Shown here: positions 27,115 to 37,045 of the stretch, piece after piece
Layout of the letters: every line of letters begins with the position of its first letter
How positions within the stretch are numbered: the stretch's first letter is position 1
Assembly (NCBI GenBank): GCA_965237675.1
Contig: OZ250150.1
Span: 5,056,001 to 5,120,000 of the forward strand
From: Candidatus Latescibacterota bacterium
Lineage (GTDB): Bacteria > Latescibacterota > UBA2968 > GCA-2709665
Length of the DNA: 64,000 nt
Direction: 5' to 3'
The notes under the pieces: generated by a model
The model's database searches: none
The model's input: the letters and a program-made list of their open reading frames with translations, nothing else
What the model was told of the DNA's origin: nothing
Position numbers and translations under genes: made by a program

Positions 27115-28812
27115 ATGCCCCAAGACTGGCGAAAAAAAGCCGGCGCGCTATTTGAAGTTCAAAAACAGCCGGCAGCCGGATCGCGCGGCGTGGTTGCTGC
27201 CAACAACCCGATCGGCTCCGCCGCCGGCGCGCAGATGATCGCGCTGGGTGGGAACGCCATCGACGCCGCCGTAGCCTCGCTCTTCGCCCTCAACGTGGTC
27301 GAGCCTCAGATGGTGGGTCTCTTCGGCGCGGGTTGGATTAACATTCGCCTCGCCGACGGCACGCCCGTCATCCTCGACGCCTATGCCTGCGCGCCCGCCG
27401 CGGCGACGCCCGACATGTATGTACCTGTCTCCGACACATGGCCGGATTACATGCGGGCCGAAAACGACGCCAACAAAATCGGCACGCTGGCCACCGGTGT
27501 TCCGGGCGCGCTGAAAGGATGGTGCGAGGCGCTCAGGCGCTGGGGTGTCCTGGACCTGAAGACCGTCCTTCAGCCCGCCATCCAGGTTGCCGAAAACGGG
27601 TTTCCCGTTAGCCGCTACCTGGCTGAATCCGTGGCACAGAATAAGCGGCACCTCAGTAGATTTCCTGAAACGGCCCGCATATTTCTTCCTCACGGGCGCC
27701 CGCTCGCATCGGGCACCCGCCTTGTTCAACCCGACCTCGCAGCGTCGCTGAGCGACATCGCCGATGGAGGGCCGGACGTACTCTACAACGGCCCACTGGG
27801 ACAGACCATAGTCGACCACATCCAACAGAGCGGCGGTATTCTCTCGATAGAAGATCTGGGCGCCTATCGCGCGGTCCGGCGCAGAGCGATCAGGGGAACA
27901 TACCGTGGATATGAACTCACTGTACCGTCTCCACCCTGCTCCGGTGGTGTACACATTCTCCAGATCCTCAATCTGCTCGAGGGGTTCGACATTGCCGACC
28001 TTGGGTTCGGCACAGCGGACTGTATCCACGTCCTCGCCGAATGCTTTAAGGTCGCCTTTGCCGACCGAACCAAACACATGGGCGACCCTGAACAGATAGA
28101 CGTGCCCGTAGACTGGCTGATATCGAAAGCCTACGGAAAACAGAGACGCGCGGATATCGACCTGACAAACGCGATCCATCCCGATGCCCGTGTTCCGCCC
28201 TCGTCCGAATCCGCGTGTACCACCCATGTCACCACCGCCGATGCGGCCGGCAATGTGGCCGCGATGACCCAGACCATCAACGAAGGATTCGGCTGCAAGG
28301 TCGTTGCCCCGGGGACGGGCCTGCTCCTGAACAACAATATGGCCCTTTTCGATCCCCACCCCGGTATGGCCAACTCGGTCGGATCCAACCGGCGCATGCT
28401 CAGCAGCAACGCACCCACCATAGTGACCAGAAACGGCGACCCCCATATCGCCCTGGGTACCCCCGGCGGTGTACGCATCTTTCCGGCGGTACTGCAGGCC
28501 CTTGTCAACCTCATCGACCACGGAATGACCCTGCAGGAAGCCGTTGAAGCCCCCAGAGTCTGGACCCAGGGCCAGGAACTGGAAGTCGAACCCGCCATCC
28601 CGCAGACCGTAAGAACCCGGCTCATCCGCCGAGGTCACCACATTCGCGAGGTAAACACGGTGGCGGGAGGGATGAACGGCATCGTCTACAATCACAACAC
28701 CGGGATCATCACGGGCGCTGCATGCTGGCGCGCCGACGGATCTCCCGTTGCCGTTGCGGGTGGCCCGGCGCGCCCCGGGATCAGGTTCAGACCCGACGCC
28801 GGCAGCACGTAG
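27115..28812 (+). CDS. ggt: Gamma-glutamyltransferase
   Basis: GGNAIDAAVA, GVPG, autoprocessing TTHVTTAD, LLNNNM, GTPGG. Confidence 0.93.
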   Translation: MPQDWRKKAGALFEVQKQPAAGSRGVVAANNPIGSAAGAQMIALGGNAIDAAVASLFALNVVEPQMVGLFGAGWINIRLADGTPVILDAYACAPAAATPDMYVPVSDTWPDYMRAENDANKIGTLATGVPGALKGWCEALRRWGVLDLKTVLQPAIQVAENGFPVSRYLAESVAQNKRHLSRFPETARIFLPHGRPLASGTRLVQPDLAASLSDIADGGPDVLYNGPLGQTIVDHIQQSGGILSIEDLGAYRAVRRRAIRGTYRGYELTVPSPPCSGGVHILQILNLLEGFDIADLGFGTADCIHVLAECFKVAFADRTKHMGDPEQIDVPVDWLISKAYGKQRRADIDLTNAIHPDARVPPSSESACTTHVTTADAAGNVAAMTQTINEGFGCKVVAPGTGLLLNNNMALFDPHPGMANSVGSNRRMLSSNAPTIVTRNGDPHIALGTPGGVRIFPAVLQALVNLIDHGMTLQEAVEAPRVWTQGQELEVEPAIPQTVRTRLIRRGHHIREVNTVAGGMNGIVYNHNTGIITGAACWRADGSPVAVAGGPARPGIRFRPDAGST

Positions 28813-28891
28813 CGTCCAAGGATGCCGCGAGGCCTCCCACTACAGGAACGGGATATTCAGTCCTGCAAAAACAGAATAGAGAGATATTTGC

Positions 28892-31654
28892 GTGTTGAAT
28901 GACTGGCTTGAAACCTGGCACGGCGAATTCGATATCCAGGAGATGCTGGATCCGAGCCGCTGGCAACAATACCGGTCTCACGTCCAACATCCCGCAACCC
29001 TCTTCTCACCGGCCGACATAGGCCGCGCCAGAGAAAATGCATCCCGTCACACCTGGGGTCGAAGGGTCTTCAAGTTGCTTCTTCAGCGAGTCGAAGCTGC
29101 CGGCACAGTCACGGAGAAATGGGCGCGGACCTTTGTTCCGTCAACCACCCCTTATTCACCGCATTTCACCATGTGTCCGAAGTGCGAGTTCGCGCCAATG
29201 CACGGAGCTTACGACTGGTTCCCCGGTGATCCGACGCACATCCGATGCAAGGGTTGCGGCACCGTGTATCCCAACGAAAACTATCCGGAAGACGTGGTTT
29301 TCGAAAGCCGTTTCGACCCCCGGCAGAAAATTACACTCTACGGTGGAAAATCCTGGCAAGCATACGGATATGCCGCCATCCACTCCAGCTTCTCCGGCCA
29401 AGCTCGCATACATCGGTGCCGGCACGCGGCCAACACCGCCGAAGATCTGGCGCTGGCCTACGCCCTGACGGGAAGACGACATTTTGCGACAGGCGCCGCA
29501 ATCATCCTGAAGCGGTTTGCCGACGTCCATCCCGCGTATCTTGTACATTCCTCATACGGCGACATTGCGGATTTGGATCCGAAGATCGCTGCAACCCGGG
29601 TGGACAATCTGCCCGAAGACGAGTGGTGCCCGCCAGGCAATAGACCGAACCGAAAGCTGCATCCCGGATACTGGGCCGTACTGCGTTGGGGCTCTTCCGG
29701 AGGGATGGAAGGCACCTCCCTGCAAAAACTCATCCTCGCCTACGATTTGGTTGCCGAAACCCTGTCAGAAGCGAAAAAACGGCATATCGAGCACGACCTG
29801 CTTCTCGACGCGGCCGTGATGCTCTTCTCGGACGACGTCATCAACAACAAGACCGGCATGAACCGGTGCGCCGTCGGCCTGATCGGAATCGTCTGCGGCG
29901 ACCCGCTGCTGATCCGTTTCGGCCTGGACGGATTTGTAAGGGCCGTGCGGGACTGGTGGCTGCCCGATGGCGGCACCCCGGAATCCATCGGGTACGCAGG
30001 CATGATGCTATCCGGTATCTGGCGCATCGCCGAAGCCCTGAAACGCTACTCGGATCCGGATGGTGTCGATTTTCAGCCGGCGACCCTGGATCGGGTGGAC
30101 CTCTACAGGTGGCCGCGCTACCGTGCGGTATGGCAGAACATGGCCCGTCCTCTTTTGCCGGACCTGAGCTATCCTCTGCTTGCCGACAACCGGCTGCCCT
30201 GCCACCTATCCGCCATGTTCGCCGACATCCTCACGCGGAATTACCCGTCGGAAAACCATCGCCTGCTTCAACGCGACATCGCGAAGCTGGATCGCTGTTA
30301 TGCGGGCCGAATCGCCCAGTTCTGGTACGGCGGCAACCTGGACACGGCGGCCGCCTTCTACCGTCAGCCTGTCGAGTTGCCCGAACAACCGCCCAGGTTC
30401 GTGGACGACCTTGGGCCCCACGTGAACATCGGAACCCAGCGCACGGGGCACCGGGGTAGCGGCGGCGCAGTCATCCTCTACGGCGCGGACTGGAAAGGTC
30501 ACCACCACCACGACCATCTCAATCTTTACTACTGGAAAGACGGGCGTGAACTGCTCACCGACCTCGGCTATCTCTGGGATATGGAAGACCTCCGTTACGG
30601 AGTCAACCGCACCCTTGCCCACAATCTGGTGGTCGTAGACGGCGAAGAACAGACGACACGCAGCCGCCGGGCGACCTTCCACCTTTTTTCGGAATGTCCG
30701 CATGCGAAGGTGATGGAGGCCTCTTCAAACGTCTACCCGGGCACCTCGATCTACTGCCGGACAATCGCCACCGTCGGCAACGGCCCGGGCGAGTACGTCG
30801 TGGATATCTTTCGCGTCAAAGGGGGCGACGTCCACGACTGGGTCGTGCACGGGCCGGACAGATCCCTTTCCCTCTCCGGCATCCAGTCCCGCCCGACAGA
30901 CGAGAAAATCTACGATCTCACGCAGATTCGCGCGGGGGGGTCCGCATCCCCGTGGTCCGCCACGTGGAAGTCCGCCAACGGGAAGCCCTTCCGTGTGCAC
31001 GTCCCGGCATGTGAACACGAACAGGTCTTTATCGGCCAGGGATTCGGCCAGCGCAAGGCCCGCGACATAGGCGCCACCACACCTTACCTCGTGCGACGTC
31101 GGAACAACGGCGTCAGTACCTTCGTTACGGTGTATTGCAATGGGAACGCCGTCAGATCCGTACGCATCCTCTACCTGAACCAGACCACCCTCGCAACCGT
31201 CGTTGAGGTCGCCACGAACGGTGGGAAAGATGTCATAATCAGCGCCGGATCCGGACAGACCCCCGAAGCTATCGAGCCGGTCGACCTCCCTCTGAGTTTC
31301 AATGGCCGATTCGGTCTCATCTCGGGTAAAGATGCCTGGCTTGTGGGGGGTAAACGTCTTCAACACGGCAATGTCGCCCTCGAACAGGAATTCGCGGCGC
31401 TGTCGGGGCCCGTCCTGGGAACCTGCGTGACCGAAAGGGAATCCGGCCTGGTGACCCTTGGCGAGGCGACCATGTTGCGCCAGTTGGAGGGCAAACACAT
31501 CTTCGTTACCGACAGCCGGCAAATGATCCGCGCTTACCCTGTTCTCGGGCTCACCGAGTTCGAAGGTCGTCCTGCATTGGTCACACGACGTGGCGACAGG
31601 GGTTACGATATCCGCGACGGACAGACCTGGACGGCCTGGTCCGAGACATCCTGA
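28892..31654 (+). CDS. Heparinase II/III family protein (putative polysaccharide lyase)
   Basis: GHHHHDHLN...TDLGY and RTLAHNLVVVDG; N-terminal CPKC/CKGC. Confidence 0.8.
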   Translation: MLNDWLETWHGEFDIQEMLDPSRWQQYRSHVQHPATLFSPADIGRARENASRHTWGRRVFKLLLQRVEAAGTVTEKWARTFVPSTTPYSPHFTMCPKCEFAPMHGAYDWFPGDPTHIRCKGCGTVYPNENYPEDVVFESRFDPRQKITLYGGKSWQAYGYAAIHSSFSGQARIHRCRHAANTAEDLALAYALTGRRHFATGAAIILKRFADVHPAYLVHSSYGDIADLDPKIAATRVDNLPEDEWCPPGNRPNRKLHPGYWAVLRWGSSGGMEGTSLQKLILAYDLVAETLSEAKKRHIEHDLLLDAAVMLFSDDVINNKTGMNRCAVGLIGIVCGDPLLIRFGLDGFVRAVRDWWLPDGGTPESIGYAGMMLSGIWRIAEALKRYSDPDGVDFQPATLDRVDLYRWPRYRAVWQNMARPLLPDLSYPLLADNRLPCHLSAMFADILTRNYPSENHRLLQRDIAKLDRCYAGRIAQFWYGGNLDTAAAFYRQPVELPEQPPRFVDDLGPHVNIGTQRTGHRGSGGAVILYGADWKGHHHHDHLNLYYWKDGRELLTDLGYLWDMEDLRYGVNRTLAHNLVVVDGEEQTTRSRRATFHLFSECPHAKVMEASSNVYPGTSIYCRTIATVGNGPGEYVVDIFRVKGGDVHDWVVHGPDRSLSLSGIQSRPTDEKIYDLTQIRAGGSASPWSATWKSANGKPFRVHVPACEHEQVFIGQGFGQRKARDIGATTPYLVRRRNNGVSTFVTVYCNGNAVRSVRILYLNQTTLATVVEVATNGGKDVIISAGSGQTPEAIEPVDLPLSFNGRFGLISGKDAWLVGGKRLQHGNVALEQEFAALSGPVLGTCVTERESGLVTLGEATMLRQLEGKHIFVTDSRQMIRAYPVLGLTEFEGRPALVTRRGDRGYDIRDGQTWTAWSETS

Positions 31655-31794
31655 CCATTGGAACAGGCCGCGCGTCCCAATGCGCCTGGAGATTACGGGC
31701 GTTTCGAACCACTGCATCGGGGAACTTCGAACGGGCCGAAGCGTTTCAGAATTATCCCGCCTCATCATTCCTCCATATTCCGTCGGAGGCCTCA

Positions 31795-32253
31795 ATGACG
31801 CCCGGACCCTTCTTACGCGCCCTCTCCTTCGTTATCTTTGTGCATTTTTTTGCGGATTCGACAGGAGGAGATCCACGGGCGGGGGCCGATTCACTGAAAC
31901 TCGAACCACCGCAGCATATGGATGGATTGTCCCGTCAGGAACGGATGAAACGACGCCAACAGCGACTTTTGCGTAACTGGGATCTCCTGAAAGAACTTGC
32001 AACTCAAATAGTCGTACTTGAAAGCCTGCCCGTCCGACGTTCGCCGCTGGACAACATGCCACTCGCGAACCCAGGCTCCGGTTTTGCGTACAACATGCCC
32101 CTCGTCAACCCAGGCTCCGGTTTTACGTACACCATGCCGATTGCGAAACCCAACCCTTACATCGACCAAAGGCTGAAGATACTCAGAACGCCAACCGTCA
32201 CATACCGCAAGGATTCGATCCGGCCCGAATTCCGACATTTCAAGCGGAAGTAA
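31795..32253 (+). CDS. Hypothetical exported protein with 13-aa tandem repeats
   Basis: RBS GGAGG, hydrophobic N-terminus, followed by a terminator. Confidence 0.6.
   Translation: MTPGPFLRALSFVIFVHFFADSTGGDPRAGADSLKLEPPQHMDGLSRQERMKRRQQRLLRNWDLLKELATQIVVLESLPVRRSPLDNMPLANPGSGFAYNMPLVNPGSGFTYTMPIAKPNPYIDQRLKILRTPTVTYRKDSIRPEFRHFKRK
32051..32151 (+). repeat. 39-bp in-frame tandem repeat (~2.6 units)
   Basis: Units start at 32051, 32090 and 32129 (ACAACATGCC...CCAGGCTCCGGTTTT). Confidence 0.9.
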
Positions 32254-32283
32254 CCCAACCGGGCGACTTACCTCACGACCTAA

Positions 32284-32313
32284 AAAAGGCTCCGGTCACT
32301 ACCGGAGCCTTTT
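32284..32313. terminator. Bidirectional intrinsic terminator
   Basis: AAAAGGCTCCGGT-CACT-ACCGGAGCCTTTT perfect inverted repeat between convergent genes. Confidence 0.88.
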
Positions 32314-32374
32314 CGCCGTCTAATTCGAAACGGATTTCCGGGTGAAAGCCACCCGGAACGACCACCGAATCGCA

Positions 32375-33604
32375 CTACGCCAGGGTAAGCGCCGTATCGA
32401 TCAATCTCTGCCCGGCCTCCCACGTTATCGGCGCCGGCAAATCGGAATTGAACATGAAAGCCGATCGGACCTCGTAACCTCCTCCGTCCCATGCCGCTTT
32501 CGACGGGAAATAGCCGGCATGCGCGTTCGCCTGATTGACGATAAACAGTCGATCGCCCGGCCATCGATGCCTCAGCTCAAGCCCCCACGAACCGAAAAGC
32601 TGCCCAGGAAAACACGCCAGGAACACATCCCCGATACGAAACCCCTGCACCTCCAATCGCACCGAGGTGGGAACCGCCTCATCCGCCGCTCGCATCGCCA
32701 GTTGATCTCTTGCCCAACCCGCCTGGTACGAATCAGGCCTGGAGCGAGCCAACTGTTCCTTCAGATCGGCCTCGGTCGGTATTGCATTCAACGGGCACGT
32801 GCAATAAAGCCGTTGCGCGTCGAGTCCACGATTGCCCTTTTGCGTGATGTCCCTGGCCATATTCAGCACCGAACCCGCCAGCCCGCTGCCGATCTTTTTC
32901 ACTTCAGCGAAGTTCTGTTCCGGCCGGTACGGCCCCACATCGCCCAGGCAACCGTTGAAAAACGCGGCCGAACCGCCCCAGGCGTCTTCCAGTTTGTCGC
33001 AGACCACTCCGGGAAAGTCCGGGGACCAATGGAGATTCGTCCCCGTCAGGATCGTCGGATGGCAGCCGTAGTTCACCCAGGCGGCCACGACCCGTCCGTC
33101 CGCTCCTGAAAAGCGCACCAGCCCGAGCGTAGAATCTATGGGTCGATCGTCCTTGCGCCGGTTGTGGTGAAATTCAGGTTCCTGCACCTGTGCGAACCCC
33201 ATCGTTACCGGCTGCAGATCATCGGAAGCCCTGACCACCGCCTCGACGATCCGTTCCTCCAGGTCCGCCATATACGAGGGATCGGGTGCGTTTTCACGGA
33301 ACCGGGTGGTTACCGGTCCGGAGTGGGTGTGTGTCGTTGCAACGAGGATGCGGTCGATCGCAATTCCCATCCGCTCCCGAATCGACGTACGTATCCGCTC
33401 CGTGGTCTTCCCGCTGAATCCGACCACGTCCACCACGACAAGTGCGACCCGCACCGAACCCTGTTGGCACACAAAAGCCCTTGCCCACAGCGGCAAATGC
33501 GTTCCTGCGGCCGGGCTCTTTCGACCTGAATATCCGGCCATTGACATACCTATTGGCGGCGTCACGTCAACCTTCGCGGCGCCCATTGTCAGGTTGCCCG
33601 GCAT
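32375..33604 (-). CDS. Neutral/alkaline ceramidase N-terminal-domain family hydrolase
   Basis: THTHSGP, HNRR, NYGCHP, SPDFPG, GYFPS..GGYE; RBS GGAGGAG. Confidence 0.82.
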   Translation of the reverse strand: MPGNLTMGAAKVDVTPPIGMSMAGYSGRKSPAAGTHLPLWARAFVCQQGSVRVALVVVDVVGFSGKTTERIRTSIRERMGIAIDRILVATTHTHSGPVTTRFRENAPDPSYMADLEERIVEAVVRASDDLQPVTMGFAQVQEPEFHHNRRKDDRPIDSTLGLVRFSGADGRVVAAWVNYGCHPTILTGTNLHWSPDFPGVVCDKLEDAWGGSAAFFNGCLGDVGPYRPEQNFAEVKKIGSGLAGSVLNMARDITQKGNRGLDAQRLYCTCPLNAIPTEADLKEQLARSRPDSYQAGWARDQLAMRAADEAVPTSVRLEVQGFRIGDVFLACFPGQLFGSWGLELRHRWPGDRLFIVNQANAHAGYFPSKAAWDGGGYEVRSAFMFNSDLPAPITWEAGQRLIDTALTLA

Positions 33605-33659
33605 ATTCTCCTCCTTCGATCTCGTCGCACCGGAAGCGGTGGGTTCCACTGAATTGCCC

Positions 33660-33688
33660 TTGACACGAATACGTCGCTTATGTATTTT
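33660..33688 (+). promoter_or_regulatory. Sigma70-type promoter of the tRNA gene
   Basis: TTGACA-17 nt-TATTTT about 50 nt upstream of the tRNA. Confidence 0.6.
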
Positions 33689-33736
33689 ATACCGGCCGAA
33701 TTCATGGATGATAATGATCTGTTTTTCATTGCCTTA

Positions 33737-33812
<76 letters not shown>

Positions 33813-33820
33813 CTTACAGG

Positions 33821-33857
33821 AAAGGGCCTGTGCGCTTCTATACACAAGCCCTTTTTG
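33821..33857. terminator. Terminator between the tRNA and the convergent tal gene
   Basis: AAAGGGC...GCCCTTTT inverted repeat with T-tract. Confidence 0.65.
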
Positions 33858-33892
33858 GTTGTCAGCTGTGCCGCCACGCCCGGACAGAAATC

Positions 33893-34561
33893 CTATGCGA
33901 TAACCGTCTCTCGCTGATTTTCCTTCCACGCGTTCCAATCGTTCAAAAAACGCTCCAGGCCGTCATCGGTCAATGGATGCGCCAATAGTTTCTTCAGCAC
34001 GTCCGGCGGCAACGTAGACACATCAGCTCCCGCCCGAGCCGCGTCGATGACATGGAGAGGGTGTCGGAGACTGGCCGCCAGTACCTCCGTTTGGAAATCA
34101 TAATTGTCGTAGATCTGCCGTATGGTCTTGACCAGCTCCATTCCAACGTGTCCTATATCGTCCAGGCGCCCCACAAAAGGACTGATATAAGCCGCTCCGG
34201 CCTTGGCGGCCAGCAGCGCCTGGTTGGCGGAAAAACACAGGGTCACATTGGTTCTGATCTGTTCATCGCTACAGGCCTTAATAGCCTTCAACCCGTCCAG
34301 GGTTATGGGAATCTTGACAACCACGTTGTCATGTATGCTTGCCAGATGGCGAGCCTCCTGGAGCATCAGTCGCCACTCGGTACTCACGACCTCCGCGCTG
34401 ACCGGACCGTCCACCAACTCGCAGATTTCCAATATTATCTGTTCAAACGTGCCTTCTTCCTTTGAAATATGCGTCGGATTGGTTGTTACACCATCCAGAA
34501 CCCCCATTTCGTTGGCCTCGCGGATCTCATCCAGATCGGCAGTGTCGATAAAGAACTTCAT
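33893..34561 (-). CDS. tal: Transaldolase (FSA/TalC-type, family 3B)
   Basis: FIDTA, GVTTNP, VVKIP; SAEV (Glu) and SPFVGR (Phe) favour transaldolase over F6P aldolase. Confidence 0.9.
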   Translation of the reverse strand: MKFFIDTADLDEIREANEMGVLDGVTTNPTHISKEEGTFEQIILEICELVDGPVSAEVVSTEWRLMLQEARHLASIHDNVVVKIPITLDGLKAIKACSDEQIRTNVTLCFSANQALLAAKAGAAYISPFVGRLDDIGHVGMELVKTIRQIYDNYDFQTEVLAASLRHPLHVIDAARAGADVSTLPPDVLKKLLAHPLTDDGLERFLNDWNAWKENQRETVIA

Positions 34562-34677
34562 TGCGCCCTCCTGTAATGTGGTTATCGAGGGAGACTCAAT
34601 ATTCCAGGTATCGGTGAATCTTCAGATGTCCCTTTATAGCAACTCGTCCGGTGCGGTGGGTTCGGGTCTTACGCGAT

Positions 34678-35727
34678 TCAAAACACCCGCTCTACCAGAA
34701 AGCTGCACATCTCGCGCATCGTTTCCCGGGCCTCGGACGGAGGTATCTCATCCAGATGCGCTTCGGCGGAAGCCGCCCACTCCCGGCATGCATCTTCGGC
34801 CCGCTCGATCGAACCGTAGTGCTCCATTAGCGAAATCGTCCGTTCGACCTCGTCCATCCCCGTCTTGGAACGATCCCGATTCAGAATATCCCGTACCCAT
34901 TCCCGTTCATTCGCCGTACATCTATGAAACAGATCGATCACCATCAGGGTCCGTTTGCCCTCTGCGATGTCTCCGCCACGTTCCTTGCCGTAACCGCCGG
35001 AGGTCGTCATTGGGGCCTGGAGTGCATCCTCGGCCCGCACCGTCAGATTCAGCAGATCGTCCCTGATTTGAAACGCCACCGCCATTCGCTCGCCGAATGT
35101 GCCCACTGCCCGTTGACAAGCTGAAGATGCACCGGCGATGATCGCACCCGCGGTGCAGGGGCCCCAACCGCTATACCAGCCCGTCTTCAGGCGTAACATC
35201 TCCAAGAAGGCATCAACTTCGGGAACCTCGCCCGATTCGATCCATCCAATGTCGTAAGCCTGTCCTTCAAATGTGCGCTGCGCTCCCTGAAGCATCTCCT
35301 GGATCAGATGAAGCGCCACGTCATCGCCGAGAGTCTCGCGATTGGAAGCGAGAATTTCAAACACCTTCGAATGTAGCGCATCGCCGGCATTGATGCTCAG
35401 CGGCACACCGTGGAGGTGGTGCAAACAGGGTTTGCCCCTGCGCATTTCCGAACCGTCTTCAATATCGTCGTGAACCAGTGCAAAAGACTGAAACATCTCA
35501 AACGCCGCCGCCGTCCGCAGCGCCTTCTCCGCGGCTCCTCCCAACCCCTCACAGGCCAGCAGCACCAGTGCCGACCGAAACCGCTTTCCGCCCCGAATCG
35601 GATAATCCCGCATCGGTTCGTACAAATATCTGAGTGGCTCGGCCTTAGGCAGGAACCTGAAAAGCTCTGCGTCGATGAGGGGTACAAAGGACTCGAGGTA
35701 AACCTTTAGACGATCCTTCACCGGCAA
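34678..35727 (-). CDS. Polyprenyl diphosphate synthase (GGPP synthase-like)
   Basis: GGKRFR, FARM FALVHDDIED..RRG, KT, SARM FQIRDDLLN, GDIAEGK. Confidence 0.9.
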   Translation of the reverse strand: MPVKDRLKVYLESFVPLIDAELFRFLPKAEPLRYLYEPMRDYPIRGGKRFRSALVLLACEGLGGAAEKALRTAAAFEMFQSFALVHDDIEDGSEMRRGKPCLHHLHGVPLSINAGDALHSKVFEILASNRETLGDDVALHLIQEMLQGAQRTFEGQAYDIGWIESGEVPEVDAFLEMLRLKTGWYSGWGPCTAGAIIAGASSACQRAVGTFGERMAVAFQIRDDLLNLTVRAEDALQAPMTTSGGYGKERGGDIAEGKRTLMVIDLFHRCTANEREWVRDILNRDRSKTGMDEVERTISLMEHYGSIERAEDACREWAASAEAHLDEIPPSEARETMREMCSFLVERVF

Positions 35728-36040
35728 ATTCCTTGCGCTCTTGTCCGGAGCTTCGGTGCGACTTTAACTTCGGGCTGTTCACCTGAGCGGCGAGACGTCC
35801 CTTGTGTACGCAATCCATCCGTGGCAATCAGACCCGTTCTGTGAAGGGGCTGCAGACTTGACAATATTCGTTCAGGAGAAATTGGTGAGAAGGAGCAATA
35901 CCAGGGAAGGAGGAGGTTGGGGAAGACTATGCACGACAATATAGCGACAAGCATAAATGCGGTCAACTGTTTTCGTCTCCGAGCGCAGAATGTATTTAGA
36001 TGTCCGCAGAGGTTCACGCGCTCGATGCAAAGACCCGCCC

Positions 36041-36979
36041 TCATCGCCCCCGGTAGGCATCAAAGACAATTCTCAGATCCTGTTTGGCTCTCAGAAAGTC
36101 CGAATGCGGCTTCCGGCTTCGATCTTCCAGACATCGCAAGAAATCCCGGGTCATTTCCCGATACCCCATCAGGTCCGACATTCCGGGAAAGTACAACCGG
36201 ACTCCACAATGCCCTGTCTGGAGAACATAGAGACCATTGCTCTCAAATGTAATCTGCCCGTGTGTGCCACAAATGCGGGAATGCTGGAAGGCGCCCTTAG
36301 TGCGGCTCCTCGTGTTCCACGAATACCTCAGCTCAGCCGTCACGCCGCCAGGATAGGTCAGCGTTGTAACCGATGACCGCTCCGGTTGTCCCTCGCGGCG
36401 TCCGGGAAACCACCCAATGACGCGTTCCGGCGCACACTCGAACAGTGCGGAAATCAACGCGACGAAATGGATTCCGCCCTCAAGCAACGCCCCGTACCGG
36501 CGTTTCCAACCGGATGTCGACTGTGTGAACAGCTTTTTCACGAGTACCGACCTGATGTCTCCGAACCGGCTCTTCCCGGTCAATACCCTGATTTTCTTGA
36601 GCGACGGCTTGTAATAGTAGTTTTCGGCCACCATCAACAGCGCGTCCGGATGCAGGACCAGCGCTTCCTCGACCTCATCCACCTCCGCCGGCGAAACGCA
36701 CATCGGCTTTTCAACCATCACCGCTTTGCCCGCCGCCAGCGAACGGATCACCTGATCCTTATGGAACGCCGGCGGGGATGCGATCAACACCGCATCCACG
36801 TCGGATGTCGCCAGCGCATCCCCCAGACGGCTGAAGGTGCCGCCGCCGCGAAATTCAACATTGAAACGACGGGCGCTTTCCTCGGATCGACTGCAAAAAA
36901 GAAGCTCGGCGGCGCCTGCCAGGTTTTTCGCGTGCAGCCGAGCGATGTTCCCACAGCCGACCAGACAGATTTTTTTCAT
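36041..36979 (-). CDS. Gfo/Idh/MocA family oxidoreductase
   Basis: VGCGNIA, VEKP, AENY, GALLEGGIH. Confidence 0.9.
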   Translation of the reverse strand: MKKICLVGCGNIARLHAKNLAGAAELLFCSRSEESARRFNVEFRGGGTFSRLGDALATSDVDAVLIASPPAFHKDQVIRSLAAGKAVMVEKPMCVSPAEVDEVEEALVLHPDALLMVAENYYYKPSLKKIRVLTGKSRFGDIRSVLVKKLFTQSTSGWKRRYGALLEGGIHFVALISALFECAPERVIGWFPGRREGQPERSSVTTLTYPGGVTAELRYSWNTRSRTKGAFQHSRICGTHGQITFESNGLYVLQTGHCGVRLYFPGMSDLMGYREMTRDFLRCLEDRSRKPHSDFLRAKQDLRIVFDAYRGR

Positions 36980-37045
36980 GTTCCGGATTCCAGGACGGAT
37001 GAGTCAGGTCCAGGCGTCGTCATCGCCAGCCAGGCAGTGGGGTCT

